DNA of 64,000 nucleotides from an uncultured Chloroflexia bacterium (GTDB lineage: Bacteria; Chloroflexota; Limnocylindria; Limnocylindrales; CSP1-4): positions 64,001 to 128,000 of the forward strand of contig CAVVCZ010000005.1 in assembly GCA_963746845.1 (NCBI GenBank), in the 5' to 3' direction. The notes beneath the pieces were generated by a model. That model did not search any database. It was not told the origin of the DNA and worked only from the letters and a program-made list of their open reading frames with translations. Within the stretch, counting starts at the first letter, position 1, and each line of letters starts with the position of its first letter. Shown piece after piece: positions 38,656 through 49,239 of the stretch. Position numbers and translations under genes: made by a program.

Positions 38656-39154
38656 TCAATCGTCCCAGTGCTTGCCGATGGGGTACGCCCAGTCCCAGAG
38701 ATCGATCGACGGCGGCTCGATCCCGAGGGTCGTCAGCGCGGTGCAGACCTGGCTCCGATGATCCGTCCCGTGGTGGACCGCCTGGGCGAGCCGGACGCCC
38801 CACGTCGCGTGGCTCTTCGTTCCGTCGTCCCGGTGCAGGGTGAACATCTCGTCCGGATCAGGATTGGTTGCGAGCAGGCCCGCCCAGGCCACGTCAGCCG
38901 GCTCCATCGCGGCCCGGAGCGCCGCGACGTCCATCCCGTGCTCGTCGATCTCGGTCACCGTGCCGCTCGTCAACGTGAAGAGGTACCAGCGATCGGCGCC
39001 CACGAGATGCCGGATCGTGTCGAGGATCGAGCCGTACGTGCCGGGGACGATCGTCGCGAGCTGCTCGTCGGTCAGGGCCGCACAGGCGTCCAGGATCTTG
39101 AGCGTCGCCCAGACGTGATGGTCGAACGCGTCGGCGAGCAGCGATCGAGCTCAT
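38656..39154 (-). pseudogene. DinB/YfiT-family protein with one-base frameshift just after the start (about 39148)
   Basis: LLADAFDHHVWATLKILDAC...GTYGSILDTIRHLVGA...QAVHHGTDHRSQV; ATG 39154 with GAGGTG RBS is out of frame by one base. Confidence 0.75.
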
Positions 39155-39294
39155 GGTTCACCTCGCAGCGGGGCCAGCATCGTGTCACGTCGGCGAGTCA
39201 GGACACGACAGGTTCCGCCGCTGGTCGCCGCTTCTGAGTGGAGTTGCGTCTCGATTGGGTCCGGGACTGCGTGCGACAGCCAACGAGCCTGGCT

Positions 39295-40779
39295 CTATTC
39301 CTCCATGTCGATCCAGATGGTTTTGAGTTCCGTGTACTGGTCGTGCGCGTGGACGCTCTTGTCGTGGCCACCGAAGCCCGACTGGCGGAACCCGCCGAAC
39401 GGCGTCGTGAGGTCGCCCTCGGAATACGCATTGACGCCGACGACGCCGGCCTTGACCGCCCGCGCCATGCGATGGGCCGTCCGGATGTTCTCCGTGTAGA
39501 TCGAGGCCGCGAGGCCGTAGTCCGTGTCATTCGCGAGCCGGATCGCCTCGTCCTCCCCGTCGAACTCGATCACGGACAGGACCGGGCCGAAGATCTCCTC
39601 CCGGGCGATCCGCATGTCGTTGGTCGCGTGGTCGAAGATCGTCGGTGCGACGAAGTACCCGCCGCTGTCCTCGCGCACGCGCCGGCCGCCGACCACCGCG
39701 CGCGCACCCTCGGCCGTGCCGGCCGCGATGTAACCGAGGACCTTGTCCATGTGCGCCCGAGTGATCAACGGGCCGACCCGGGTCGAAGTGTCCATCGGGT
39801 CGCCGACGATCCAGTCGCGCTCGACGAGCGCGACGAGGCGGTCGAGCAGTGCCGCCTTCACTCGGCGGTCGACGAGCAGCCGGCTGCCGGCCGAGCAGTT
39901 CTCGCCCATGTTCCAGAAGATCGCGTTGGCGACGCGGTCGGCGACGCGGTCGAGGTTGGCCGCGTCGGCCATGACGATCTGCGGACTCTTCCCGCCGAGC
40001 TCGAGGGCGACCCGCTTGAGGTTCGTCTCGGCCGCGTGGGACAGCACGGTCCGACCAACCTCGGTCGATCCGGTGAACGCGACCCCGTCGATGTCCGGGT
40101 GGCGGGCGATCGCCGTCCCGACGACGCTGCCCGGTCCGGTCACGACGTTCAGGACGCCGTCGGGGACCCCGGCCTCTGCGGCAAGCTCGGCGACGCGGAG
40201 CAGGCTGAGCGACGTGACCTGCGCCGGCTTCATCACGACCGCGTTGCCGGTCGCGAGGATCGGGCCAAGCTTCCACGCCGCCATCTGGAGCGGGTAGTTC
40301 CAGGGCACGATCGCGCCGATGACGCCGAGCGGCTCGCGCACGACCATCGCAACGGCACCGGGCCCGGTCGGGGCGACCTGGTCGTACAGCTTGTCCGTCG
40401 CCTCCGCATGCCAGCGGATCGTGGCGGCGGAGTCCGGGATGTCGAGCGAGCGCGTGTCGCTGATCGGCTTGCCGACGTCGAGCGTCTCGATCCGGGCGAG
40501 CTCCTCGGTATGCGCGTCGATCAGGCCCGCGAACCGGATCAGGATGGTCTTGCGGTCCGCCGGCGACGTGGCCGCCCAGCCCGGCGCCGCGCGACGCGCC
40601 GCGGCGACCGCCCGATCGACGTCCTCGACGCCGCCCTCGGCGACCTCGGCGATCGTCTGGCCGGTGGCCGGGTTCTCGACCTCGTACGTGCGCCCGCTGG
40701 CAGCGTCGACGTAGTCGCCCCCGATGAAGGCCCGGGTGCGGAGGGACGGCGCCCCCGCTCGCTCGATGGTGTCGGTCAT
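39295..40779 (-). CDS. Aldehyde dehydrogenase (PuuC / aminoaldehyde dehydrogenase-like)
   Basis: IVPWNYP, FTGSTEVG, LELGGKSP, GENCSAGSR, EEIFGPV, PFGGFRQSGFG. Confidence 0.92.
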   Translation of the reverse strand: MTDTIERAGAPSLRTRAFIGGDYVDAASGRTYEVENPATGQTIAEVAEGGVEDVDRAVAAARRAAPGWAATSPADRKTILIRFAGLIDAHTEELARIETLDVGKPISDTRSLDIPDSAATIRWHAEATDKLYDQVAPTGPGAVAMVVREPLGVIGAIVPWNYPLQMAAWKLGPILATGNAVVMKPAQVTSLSLLRVAELAAEAGVPDGVLNVVTGPGSVVGTAIARHPDIDGVAFTGSTEVGRTVLSHAAETNLKRVALELGGKSPQIVMADAANLDRVADRVANAIFWNMGENCSAGSRLLVDRRVKAALLDRLVALVERDWIVGDPMDTSTRVGPLITRAHMDKVLGYIAAGTAEGARAVVGGRRVREDSGGYFVAPTIFDHATNDMRIAREEIFGPVLSVIEFDGEDEAIRLANDTDYGLAASIYTENIRTAHRMARAVKAGVVGVNAYSEGDLTTPFGGFRQSGFGGHDKSVHAHDQYTELKTIWIDMEE

Positions 40780-40946
40780 GACGGATGCTCCTTGCGCAAC
40801 GGGATGAGGATGCCGCATGGAGCGGCCACGGCGCGTCGAGTCGCGCTGGACGGGCATGCGCGGCCCGGCCGAAAGCACCGGAAGAGCGTCTTCGCGACGC
40901 CCGGAGTACCGTGCGAAGTCTCGCTCGAGATTGGAGGTCACGACCG

Positions 40947-41501
40947 ATGCGGCGCGGGCTACATGGAACGTTCTGGTGCCCCCTGGTGATCGTCCTCGGA
41001 ATCGTTCTTGGAGGCTGCTCGGCCTCCGTGTCCCCGGCCCCGAGCACCGCGGCCCTGGGCGACACCGGCACGGGCGGCGCAGGCAGCGGCGCCTCGGGCG
41101 GGACGACGACCGGCAACGCCACCGCGGTCGATGCGTGCAGCCTGTTGACGCCAGCCGAGATCCAGTCGGCGATCGGGGTGGCCGTGAAGGACGGCGTCCC
41201 GAACAAGACGGATACCGCCTCGCAGTGCGAGTGGGACAGCCAGGACGACAGCGCCGGCGTCAGCCTCTCCGTGGCCACGTACGACGACACGCTCTACAAG
41301 ACGTTGGGCAGCGCGAAGGACGCGGTGCCGGTGTCCGGGATCGGCGAATCCGCGTTCAAGGGGATCCCGCATGCGGGGGACCTGGCGATCAAGCAGGGCG
41401 GGGACGAGATCGACCTCGGGATCGTGGACTTCACCCTCGACCCGGCGAAGGTCGACGCGGCCGACCTGACCCTGGCCAAGCTGGTCCTGTCCCGAATCTG
41501 A
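40947..41501 (+). CDS. Hypothetical lipoprotein (DUF3558-like)
   Basis: Lipobox LGGC; DACSLLTPAEI...CEW...VSGIGESAF. Confidence 0.7.
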   Translation: MRRGLHGTFWCPLVIVLGIVLGGCSASVSPAPSTAALGDTGTGGAGSGASGGTTTGNATAVDACSLLTPAEIQSAIGVAVKDGVPNKTDTASQCEWDSQDDSAGVSLSVATYDDTLYKTLGSAKDAVPVSGIGESAFKGIPHAGDLAIKQGGDEIDLGIVDFTLDPAKVDAADLTLAKLVLSRI

Positions 41502-41537
41502 GCGCCCCCGGGTCGGCGCGTCGCGGGGTCCGGTACG

Positions 41538-43298
41538 TCAGCGAGCCGCGACCGCCGCCCGCACCTCGTCCGGAAGCCAGAACCAGCGGAGCTGCTCGAA
41601 ATCCTCGCCGAGGACGGCACGGTCCGTCGCAGGCGGTGCACCGAGGGCCGCCACGGGGTCCCCCAGGATCCGCTTGGCCTCGGCGAGGTGATCCGCGAGC
41701 GCCTCCTCCCCCAGGCGATGGCGATGGGCCGGGTACGAGAGCCCGTTTCCCGCGAAGGACACATCGTGCAGCGAGAGCGGCGGCTCGGGTGAGCCGGCAA
41801 CATGGCGCCACATCCCGGTCGCCGGCTCGAACCGATACCAGGGCAGGAGTCGCCAGCCCTCGCGCGCGACGAGGGCGACGGCGTCGACGATGTACCGGAA
41901 CACCTTTTCGCTGATGAAGTAGTTGAAGTTCACTCGGACCCAGCCAGGCTTGATGCCTTCGCAGCCACGCGAGATCTCGCGCTCGAACGCATGCGAGGTC
42001 TCGACGTCGATCCCGAGCAGCCGGTGGCCGTATGGCCCGGCGCACGAGCAGCCACCGCGCGACTGGATCCCGAGCAGGTCGTTGAGGACGGCAACGACGA
42101 AGTTGTGATGCAGGTAGCGCCCGTCGTGGCGGACGGTGAACGAGACGATGGAGAGCCGCGGCAGCGTCGGGTTGCCGAGGATGAGGATCCCCTCGGCCGA
42201 TGACCAGGTGGCGATCGCCCGGTCGATGAACTCCTCCTCGCGCGCCCGGATCGCCTCGACGCCGACCTGCTCCTTCAGGGCGAACACGAGCCCGGCCCGG
42301 ATCGACTCGACGATCGCCGGCGTCCCGCCCTCCTCGCGATGCTCGGGGTCGTCGAGGTAGACGTGTTCGAGCGGGTTGACGTAGGCGACGGTCCCGCCGC
42401 CCGGCGACGTCGGCACGCGATTGCGGAATAGCTCGCGACGTGCGACGAGGACGCCCGGTGTGCCGGGCCCGCCGATGAACTTGTGCGGGCTGGCGACGAT
42501 CGCGTCCTTGTAGTCGAGGGCCGCGTCGCCGTCGGGCACGGTCGAGGTGCGCGGTGCCACGCGGTGCGGATCCATCTCGATCTCGACGTACGGTCCGGCC
42601 GCCGCGAAGTCCCAGAACGACAGCGCGCCATGCTCATGAAGGAGGATCGAGATCGCCCGCGTGTCCGACAGGATGCCGGTGACGTTCGACGCGGCGGAAA
42701 ACGACCCGATCCGCAGCGACCGGCCCGTCGTGCGCTCCAGCGCCGCGCGAAGCTGTGCCAGGTCGATCCGCCCGTCCTGGTCCTCGCCGATCGTGACCAC
42801 GTCGGCGATCGACTCCCGCCAGGGCAGCTCGTTCGAGTGATGCTCGTACGGCCCGATGAAGACGACCGGTCGCTCGTCCGGCGGGATCTGCGCCCGGAAC
42901 CCGTACCGGTCGTCGAGGCCGGCCGGGATGCGGAGCTCCAGGATCCCGACGAGAAGGTTGATCGCGCCGGTCATCCCGGCGCCCGTGAAGATCACCGCGT
43001 GGCGCTCGGCCGAGCCGCCGACCGCGTCCCGGATGATGGCTCGAGCGTCCTCTCGGAACCGGGTCGTCTGAAGGCCCGTTCCTGACGACTCGGTGTGGGT
43101 GTTCGCGTACAGCGGCAGGACGGCGTCGCGCAGGTAGTCCTCGATGAAGTCGAGCGCGCGGCCAGAAGCCGTGTAATCGGCGTACGTCACCCGTCGGATG
43201 CCGAACGGCCCCGCCACGGCTTCGTCATCGCCGATGACGGACGCGCGAATCCGCTCGATCAGGGCGTCCGAGGCTGTCGCATCAGTCACGCCGGGCAT
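41538..43298 (-). CDS. Class V PLP enzyme (cysteine desulfurase-like)
   Basis: YADYTASGR, YANTHT, EHHSNELPW, SPHKFIGGPG, RGGCSCAGPYGH; start may be GTG 43289. Confidence 0.88.
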   Translation of the reverse strand: MPGVTDATASDALIERIRASVIGDDEAVAGPFGIRRVTYADYTASGRALDFIEDYLRDAVLPLYANTHTESSGTGLQTTRFREDARAIIRDAVGGSAERHAVIFTGAGMTGAINLLVGILELRIPAGLDDRYGFRAQIPPDERPVVFIGPYEHHSNELPWRESIADVVTIGEDQDGRIDLAQLRAALERTTGRSLRIGSFSAASNVTGILSDTRAISILLHEHGALSFWDFAAAGPYVEIEMDPHRVAPRTSTVPDGDAALDYKDAIVASPHKFIGGPGTPGVLVARRELFRNRVPTSPGGGTVAYVNPLEHVYLDDPEHREEGGTPAIVESIRAGLVFALKEQVGVEAIRAREEEFIDRAIATWSSAEGILILGNPTLPRLSIVSFTVRHDGRYLHHNFVVAVLNDLLGIQSRGGCSCAGPYGHRLLGIDVETSHAFEREISRGCEGIKPGWVRVNFNYFISEKVFRYIVDAVALVAREGWRLLPWYRFEPATGMWRHVAGSPEPPLSLHDVSFAGNGLSYPAHRHRLGEEALADHLAEAKRILGDPVAALGAPPATDRAVLGEDFEQLRWFWLPDEVRAAVAAR

Positions 43299-43357
43299 CG
43301 TACGCGAGCGGTGTGGCTGGGCCCGCCCGGAACGGCGTTTGGTCCTACCCTTGGGCC

Positions 43358-44275
43358 GTGCGGATCGCCACCTGGAACGTCAACTCGCTGAAGGCCCGGA
43401 CCGACGCCGTCGAGCGCTGGCTGGACCGGGCGTCGCCGGACGTCCTCCTGATGCAGGAGACGAAGCTGGCGGACGAGGACGCCCCGGAGCTGCCGTTCCG
43501 GATGCTCGGCTACGAGCTGGTCCACCACGGCGAAGGGCGCTGGAACGGCGTCGCGATCGCGAGTCGGGTCGGGGCGACCGACGTCGTCACGAACTTCGGT
43601 GACGGACCGGTGCGCGACAGCCGGTCGGGCGCCGACGTCGCGGTCGGCGAGGACGACTTCGACCCGTTCGACGAGGCGCGGATGGTCTCGGCGGTGTGCG
43701 GCGGGATCCGCGTCGTCAGCCTCTACGCCCCGAACGGCCGGGTCGTCGGCAGCCCGTTCTACGAAGGCAAGCTCCGCTGGTTCGAGCGGCTCCGTCGCTG
43801 GCTCGACGAATCGTGCTCGCCCGACGAGCCGCTCCTGCTCGGCGGCGACCTGAACGCCACGCCGACCGACGAGGACGTCTGGGACGCGGTCGCGGCCCAT
43901 GGCGGGACACACGTCTCGGCACCCGAGCGGGAGGCCCTCGCGACGCTCCGCGCGTGGGGGCTGGTCGACGCCTACCGCGCGGCGGCCGGCGAGGTGGGTG
44001 GCCGGTTCTCGTGGTGGGACTACCGCGCCGGGATGTTCCACCGGAACGAGGGCATGCGGATCGACCTGCTGTACGTGACGAAGCCGGTCGCCGAGCGGGT
44101 CGTCTGGGCCGAGATCGACCGCGAGGCGCGGAAGGGGCCGCCGATCCCGTCCGACCACGCCCCGGTCGTCGTCGACCTGGACGAGACCGGTCTCGCGTTC
44201 GATGCCGGCTGGGACGGGGCGCTCGCCCGGATCGCCGCACGGACCCGCCCGCGCAAGGCCAAGGCGCCCGCATGA
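43358..44275 (+). CDS. xth: Exodeoxyribonuclease III / AP endonuclease
   Basis: RIATWNVNS, MQETK, YAPNG, GGDLN, FSWWDYR, GMRID, SDHAPV. Confidence 0.93.
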   Translation: MRIATWNVNSLKARTDAVERWLDRASPDVLLMQETKLADEDAPELPFRMLGYELVHHGEGRWNGVAIASRVGATDVVTNFGDGPVRDSRSGADVAVGEDDFDPFDEARMVSAVCGGIRVVSLYAPNGRVVGSPFYEGKLRWFERLRRWLDESCSPDEPLLLGGDLNATPTDEDVWDAVAAHGGTHVSAPEREALATLRAWGLVDAYRAAAGEVGGRFSWWDYRAGMFHRNEGMRIDLLYVTKPVAERVVWAEIDREARKGPPIPSDHAPVVVDLDETGLAFDAGWDGALARIAARTRPRKAKAPA

Positions 44276-44327
44276 CCGGCCGCACTCGCCCGACGAGTCG
44301 CGCCGGCGCGTGGAGCCGCTCCCGAGC

Positions 44328-45257
44328 GTGAGCAGGAAGACCCCGAGGCGGCGCGGACCGAAGCCGGCCGCGTCGACTGCGACGGCGCCGACCACGAGAG
44401 CGGCAACGGGCGCTCCGGCCCCCGCCGCGATGCCGAACCGAAGCCGCACGGCGCTCATCGCCGCCGCGATCGGCGGCGTCGCACTGGCCGTCCTGCTGGT
44501 CGCGGGCGCCGCAGTCTTCCTGTCGACCCAGGGCAGCGGCGCCACGCCGGGACCGGTCGCCGGCGCGTCGCCGTCCCCGCCCGTCTCGAGCCCGGGCACC
44601 TCTGCGCCCGACGCCTCGCCGACGACCGCGCCGGGCGGCCCGATCGCCGAGAAGATGGTTGCGATCCTCCATCACGACCCGTTCCAGAGCCACATCCAGG
44701 AGTCGACGGTTGCCCGGTCGACGACGGCGAGCCCATCCGCGGGCGTCACGACGCTTCGCCTCACCGCGACCGCCGAGGGCGACGTGTCCGGCCCCGATGT
44801 CGACCTGCATGTGACCGGGACCGGCAACGGGCCGGCCGTCGACCGGCAGGTCGTGGCCGTCGGCGACGCGGCATGGATCCGGCCCGCCGGGGCGGCGTGG
44901 GCGGTGCATCCCCGGTCGGAGGTTGCGTCGTCGATCGACGGGCTGCTCAAGACGATCGCCCTGATCGACGATCCGACCCAGCTCGTCGATCTCGGCGTCG
45001 AGACCGTCGAGGGCCAGGCCCTCCACCACCTGACGGCGGCGACGTCGATCGTCTATCGGTCGGCCGACGCCGAGGGCTCGTACCACACCTTCGACGTGTG
45101 GGTGACGGCCGAGGGCGTGCCGGTCATCGCCAAGGCGTCGTTCGACGCGAACCAGGGGACGAACCAGCTCGTCGGCAACGTCGACATCCACTATTCGAAG
45201 GTCGGCGGCCCGATCACGATCGAGCCCCCCGCCGGCGCCCCGACGCTCAAGCCGTAG
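44328..45257 (+). CDS. Hypothetical single-TM protein with LppX/LolA-like beta-rich ectodomain
   Basis: Basic N-terminus, TM, Pro/Ser linker, LGVETVEGQALHHL, FDVWVT, YSKVGGPITIEPP; start uncertain. Confidence 0.65.
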   Translation: MSRKTPRRRGPKPAASTATAPTTRAATGAPAPAAMPNRSRTALIAAAIGGVALAVLLVAGAAVFLSTQGSGATPGPVAGASPSPPVSSPGTSAPDASPTTAPGGPIAEKMVAILHHDPFQSHIQESTVARSTTASPSAGVTTLRLTATAEGDVSGPDVDLHVTGTGNGPAVDRQVVAVGDAAWIRPAGAAWAVHPRSEVASSIDGLLKTIALIDDPTQLVDLGVETVEGQALHHLTAATSIVYRSADAEGSYHTFDVWVTAEGVPVIAKASFDANQGTNQLVGNVDIHYSKVGGPITIEPPAGAPTLKP

Positions 45258-45287
45258 GCGACCTGGCCCCGCCGGGCATCAGTCGAG

Positions 45288-45728
45288 GTGGAAGACCTCG
45301 TCCAGCCGCTGGTGGAAGCCCGTCGCGGGGTCTCGCGGACTTTTCGGCGCGCAGTGGCCAGCCGGCTGGACGGACGCGAGCCGGCTGGACGCACGGCGCT
45401 CGTTCGGTGCATCCTTGACAGCCTGGCCGCCGCGTTCGCCGACAGCGTGGCGGAAGCTTCACGGCTTTCCGGCCGGCGCGTCCGGGTCGTCCACGTCGTC
45501 GGCGGTGGGAGCCAGAACGCCTTGCTCTGCCAGCTGACCGCCGACGCGTCCGGGCTGCCGGTCGTCGCCGGGCCGGTGGAGGCGACGTCGATCGGCAACC
45601 TCCTCGTCCAGGCCCGAGCCCACGGCCTGATCGAGGGCGACCTGTCCGCCCTGCGGGCGGTCGTGCGCTCCACCCAGCCGCTGCGCCAGTTCGCGCCGCG
45701 GCGCCGCTCCTTCGCACCGGTAGGCTAG
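45288..45728 (+). pseudogene. C-terminal fragment of rhamnulokinase-like FGGY kinase
   Basis: LVRCILDSLA...VHVVGGGSQNALLCQLTADASGLPVVAGPVEATSIGNLLVQA; N-terminal kinase domain absent. Confidence 0.75.
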
Positions 45729-45732
45729 CGAC

Positions 45733-46950
45733 ATGCCCCGTCGTCGCGTCCCGCGCCCGTCCGAGCTGCGTCCATACCTGCGGACGGGTCCGATCCGCCT
45801 GTGGCCGATCGAACGGCGGCTGGCCGCGGCGGCGACCATCTGGGACCTGCGCTCGGTCGCCCGCAGGCACGTCCCTCGGGCCGTCTTCGACTACACCGAC
45901 GGCGCGGCCGAGACCGAGACGAGCCTGCAGCGGTCCCGCGACGCGTTCAAGCGTGTCGAGTTCGTCCCCCGCGTCCTCCGCGACGTGTCCAGCATCGACC
46001 TCTCGACGACCATCCTCGGGCGACCGTCGGCGATGCCGCTCGTCTTCGCGCCCACCGGGTTCACCCGGCTGATGCACGCGGAGGGCGAGCCGTCGGTGGG
46101 GCGCGTCGCCGCCCGGATGGGCGTCCCGTACGCCCTCTCCACGCTCGGGACGACCTCGCCCGAGGATCTGTCCGCGGCCCTGCCCGGCGCCGACCTGTGG
46201 TTCCAGCTCTACATCTGGAACGACCGGGACGCGGTTCTCGAGCTCGTGCGGCGGGCGCGGGTGGCGGGCTTCCGGGTGCTGGTCCTGACCGTCGACACGC
46301 CGGTCGCCGGCGCGCGCCTGCGGGACGTCCACAACGGGTTCACGATCCCACCGACGCTCTCGGTTCGGACGCTGATCGACATCGGGCTGCACCCGGGCTG
46401 GTGGTTCGACAAGCTGACCACCGAGCCGCTCCGGTTCGCCGTGTTCACCGAGACCGGCGGCACCGTCGCCGACCTGATCAACCGGGTGTTCGACCCCACG
46501 ATCACGATCGCCGACCTCGCCTGGATGCGGGAGGCGTGGGACGGGCCGATCGTGATCAAGGGGATCCAGACCCCGGAGGACGCCTGCGCGGTCGTCGATG
46601 CCGGCGCGGACGGGATCGTGATCTCGAACCACGGCGGCCGCCAGCTCGACCGGGCGTCGACGCCCCTCGAGCAGCTCGCGCCCATTCGTGCCGCCATCGG
46701 CCGACGCGCGGAGGTGTACCTCGACGGCGGGGTCCTCTCCGGATCGGACATGATCGCGGCGGTGGCGCTCGGCGCCGATGCGGTGCTGGTGGGCCGCGCC
46801 TACCTGTACGGGCTCATGGCCGGCGGCGAGCGGGGGGTCGCTCGAGCTGGGGAGCTTCTCCGCAAGGAGGCGGTCCGGACGATGCAGCTCCTCGGCGTGT
46901 CACGCGTGGCAGACCTCGACGGGTCGAGCGCCCGGCTGCGCGACCGCTGA
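45733..46950 (+). CDS. FMN-dependent alpha-hydroxy acid oxidase/dehydrogenase (LldD-like)
   Basis: FDYTDGAA, FAPTG, WFQLY, LTVDTP, VIKGI, SNHGGRQLD, DGG. Confidence 0.92.
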   Translation: MPRRRVPRPSELRPYLRTGPIRLWPIERRLAAAATIWDLRSVARRHVPRAVFDYTDGAAETETSLQRSRDAFKRVEFVPRVLRDVSSIDLSTTILGRPSAMPLVFAPTGFTRLMHAEGEPSVGRVAARMGVPYALSTLGTTSPEDLSAALPGADLWFQLYIWNDRDAVLELVRRARVAGFRVLVLTVDTPVAGARLRDVHNGFTIPPTLSVRTLIDIGLHPGWWFDKLTTEPLRFAVFTETGGTVADLINRVFDPTITIADLAWMREAWDGPIVIKGIQTPEDACAVVDAGADGIVISNHGGRQLDRASTPLEQLAPIRAAIGRRAEVYLDGGVLSGSDMIAAVALGADAVLVGRAYLYGLMAGGERGVARAGELLRKEAVRTMQLLGVSRVADLDGSSARLRDR

Positions 46951-46961
46951 CGGGTCGCGCG

Positions 46962-47999
46962 CTACGCCGCGCCGGCCTCCAGGTCGAGCAGCAGGGCCGC
47001 GATCTCGCGGGCGTTCGTCGTCCCGTAGTTCGCGTAACAGTTGTTGAAGAGCGCGTGCGTCTCCCTGGTCTGGGACGCGACCTCGCGGATCCGCGGCACC
47101 CACTCGGCCAGCTCGTCCCGCGAATACAGGTACTGGAACCGCTCGGCCGGCGTGATCCCCTTCGCCTCCCAGGTCGCGGCATTCCGCCCGTGGAACCGCA
47201 CGATCGCGAGGTCCGGTGACGTGACCGCGACCTCCGGCGGGACGCTGCTCTTGAAGCCCTGCGGCTCGTCGACCATCACGAACGGGATCGACCGCTCCGA
47301 GAGGAACGCCAGCGTCCGGTCACGGTTCTTCTCGTTCAGCCACGACCCGTTGCGGAACTCGACCGCGACCTTCCAGCCGTCCAGCCGTTCGACCGCATCG
47401 TCGATCAGCGCCCGGCTCTCGTTCGATGGGAACACCCACTTCGGGTACTGGAGCAGGATCGAGCCCAGCTGGCCGCGCTCCTCGAGCGGCGCCAGGGCAG
47501 ATCGGAACGTCCGCCAGACCTCCGCGTTGAGCTCGTCCGGGAAGTCCTTGAGGTAGATCCGGCTCTTCGCCTGGAGCTCGTCGGGCAGCGCCTCGCGGAT
47601 CGACTTCGGCAGCCGCTTCGTCTCGGTCCCCTGCCCCGTCATCAGCGCGTGGGCCTTGATGTCGAACGTGAAGTCCGGCGGGGTCCGCTCCGCCCACAGC
47701 TGGGCGGTCCGCTCCGCGGGGAGCGCGTAGTAGGTCGCGTCGACCTCGACGACCGGGAACGTGGCGGCGTAGTACTGGAGGCGTTCCTCGGCACGATCCG
47801 CGCCGATCGGGTAGAACACGCCAGACGCCGTCATCGTCGGGTCCGTCCAGGACGCCGTGCCGACGAGGACGCGGCCGCCGCCGGTCTCGATCGGCTCCGA
47901 GGCGGCCGTCTCCAGCTCGGCGACGCGGCGGGAGGCCGCGTCACTGCCGGGATCGTGGTCCGTGGAGTCCGGGGCGACGCTCCGGGTCGAGGTGGGCAT
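46962..47999 (-). CDS. DUF72 domain protein
   Basis: [46 protein letters not shown]. Confidence 0.9.
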   Translation of the reverse strand: MPTSTRSVAPDSTDHDPGSDAASRRVAELETAASEPIETGGGRVLVGTASWTDPTMTASGVFYPIGADRAEERLQYYAATFPVVEVDATYYALPAERTAQLWAERTPPDFTFDIKAHALMTGQGTETKRLPKSIREALPDELQAKSRIYLKDFPDELNAEVWRTFRSALAPLEERGQLGSILLQYPKWVFPSNESRALIDDAVERLDGWKVAVEFRNGSWLNEKNRDRTLAFLSERSIPFVMVDEPQGFKSSVPPEVAVTSPDLAIVRFHGRNAATWEAKGITPAERFQYLYSRDELAEWVPRIREVASQTRETHALFNNCYANYGTTNAREIAALLLDLEAGAA

Positions 48000-48125
48000 G
48001 CCGAAATCGTACGTGACGATGGCGTCGGAAGGGGTCAACAATCGGGCGAACGGGCTCGTGGAATGGTTGCGCGGTCCGAAACGCCGCCCGTTCCGTTCCC
48101 GAACGCTCGCCTAGGCTCGCCCGCG

Positions 48126-49230
48126 ATGATCGACCCTTCCGCAGGGACGCCGGAGATCCGCCTGACGGATCTGAGCAAGCACTTCCGGGACGTCCGCGCG
48201 GTGGACCGCGTGTCGCTCGACATCCGGACGGGTGAGTTCTTCTCCATGCTCGGCCCGAGCGGCTGCGGCAAGACGACCACGCTCCGGATGATCGGCGGGT
48301 TCGAGCTCCCCACGGCCGGCCGGATCGAGCTCCGCGGACGGGACGTCACGATGGCCCCGCCGGACAAGCGGCCGGTCAACATGGTCTTCCAGAACTACGC
48401 CCTGTTCCCCCACCTCGATGTCGCGGGGAACATCGCGTTCGGGCTCCAGCGCAAGAACGTCGACAAGGGCCAGATCAAGCGGCGGGTCTCCGAGGCGCTC
48501 GACCTGGTCCATCTCGCCGGCTACGACAGGCGGAAGCCGAACCAGCTGTCCGGCGGCCAGCAGCAGCGGGTCGCGCTCGCGCGGGCCCTCGTGAACCGGC
48601 CGGACGTGCTCCTCCTCGACGAGCCGCTCGGGGCGCTCGACCTGAAGCTCCGCAAGGCGCTCCAGATCGAGCTGAAGCGCGTCCAGTCGGAGGTGGGGAT
48701 CACCTTCGTCTACGTCACCCACGACCAGGAGGAGGCGCTCACGATGAGCGACCGGATCGCCGTGATGCACGGCGGCAAGGTCGAGCAGCTGGGCACCCCC
48801 GAGGAGCTCTACGAGCGGCCGCGGACGCGGTTCGTCGCGGACTTCATCGGGACCTCGAACCTGTTGACGGGCATCGTCGAGGCGGTCGAGGCCGACGCGG
48901 CCTGGTCCGACTGACCACGGGCGACGGTGCCGGACGGCGCGACCGGACCGGACGATGGGCCAGGCCCGTCGAGCTGAGCCGTCCGGCCCGAGGCCGTCGG
49001 GATCGAGGCGACGAACGGCGCGGTCCGCGACGCCCGCGGCTCGATCGCCGCGACCGTCGACCAGGTCGCCTATCTCGGGAGACTCCGTCCAGTACCTCGT
49101 CCGCTCCGCCGGCGGTCTCGGGATCCCGTGCTGGTCCGAAGAGCGCGGGAGCGGATCCCGATCGGCGGCGACGTCGACTCACCTGGGCGCCCGGGGACGC
49201 GCTCGTCCTGCCGACGCGACCGTCGCAGGA
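48126..49230 (+). CDS. potA: Polyamine ABC transporter ATPase (PotA-like); 3' part disrupted by several indels
   Basis: [44 protein letters not shown]; TOBE fragments ([19 protein letters not shown]) in shifting frames after 48900; end approximate. Confidence 0.8.
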
Positions 49231-49239
49231 GGAGACCCA

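Noticed and set aside
39140-39154. Programmed frameshift in the dinB-family gene
   Set aside because: No slippery sequence; similar single-base indels elsewhere in the window point to sequencing error.
40780-40946. Riboswitch or ribozyme in the aldehyde dehydrogenase/lipoprotein intergenic region
   Set aside because: Only a short GCGTC-TTCGC-GACGC hairpin and a TTGCGCAA palindrome; no recognisable aptamer consensus.
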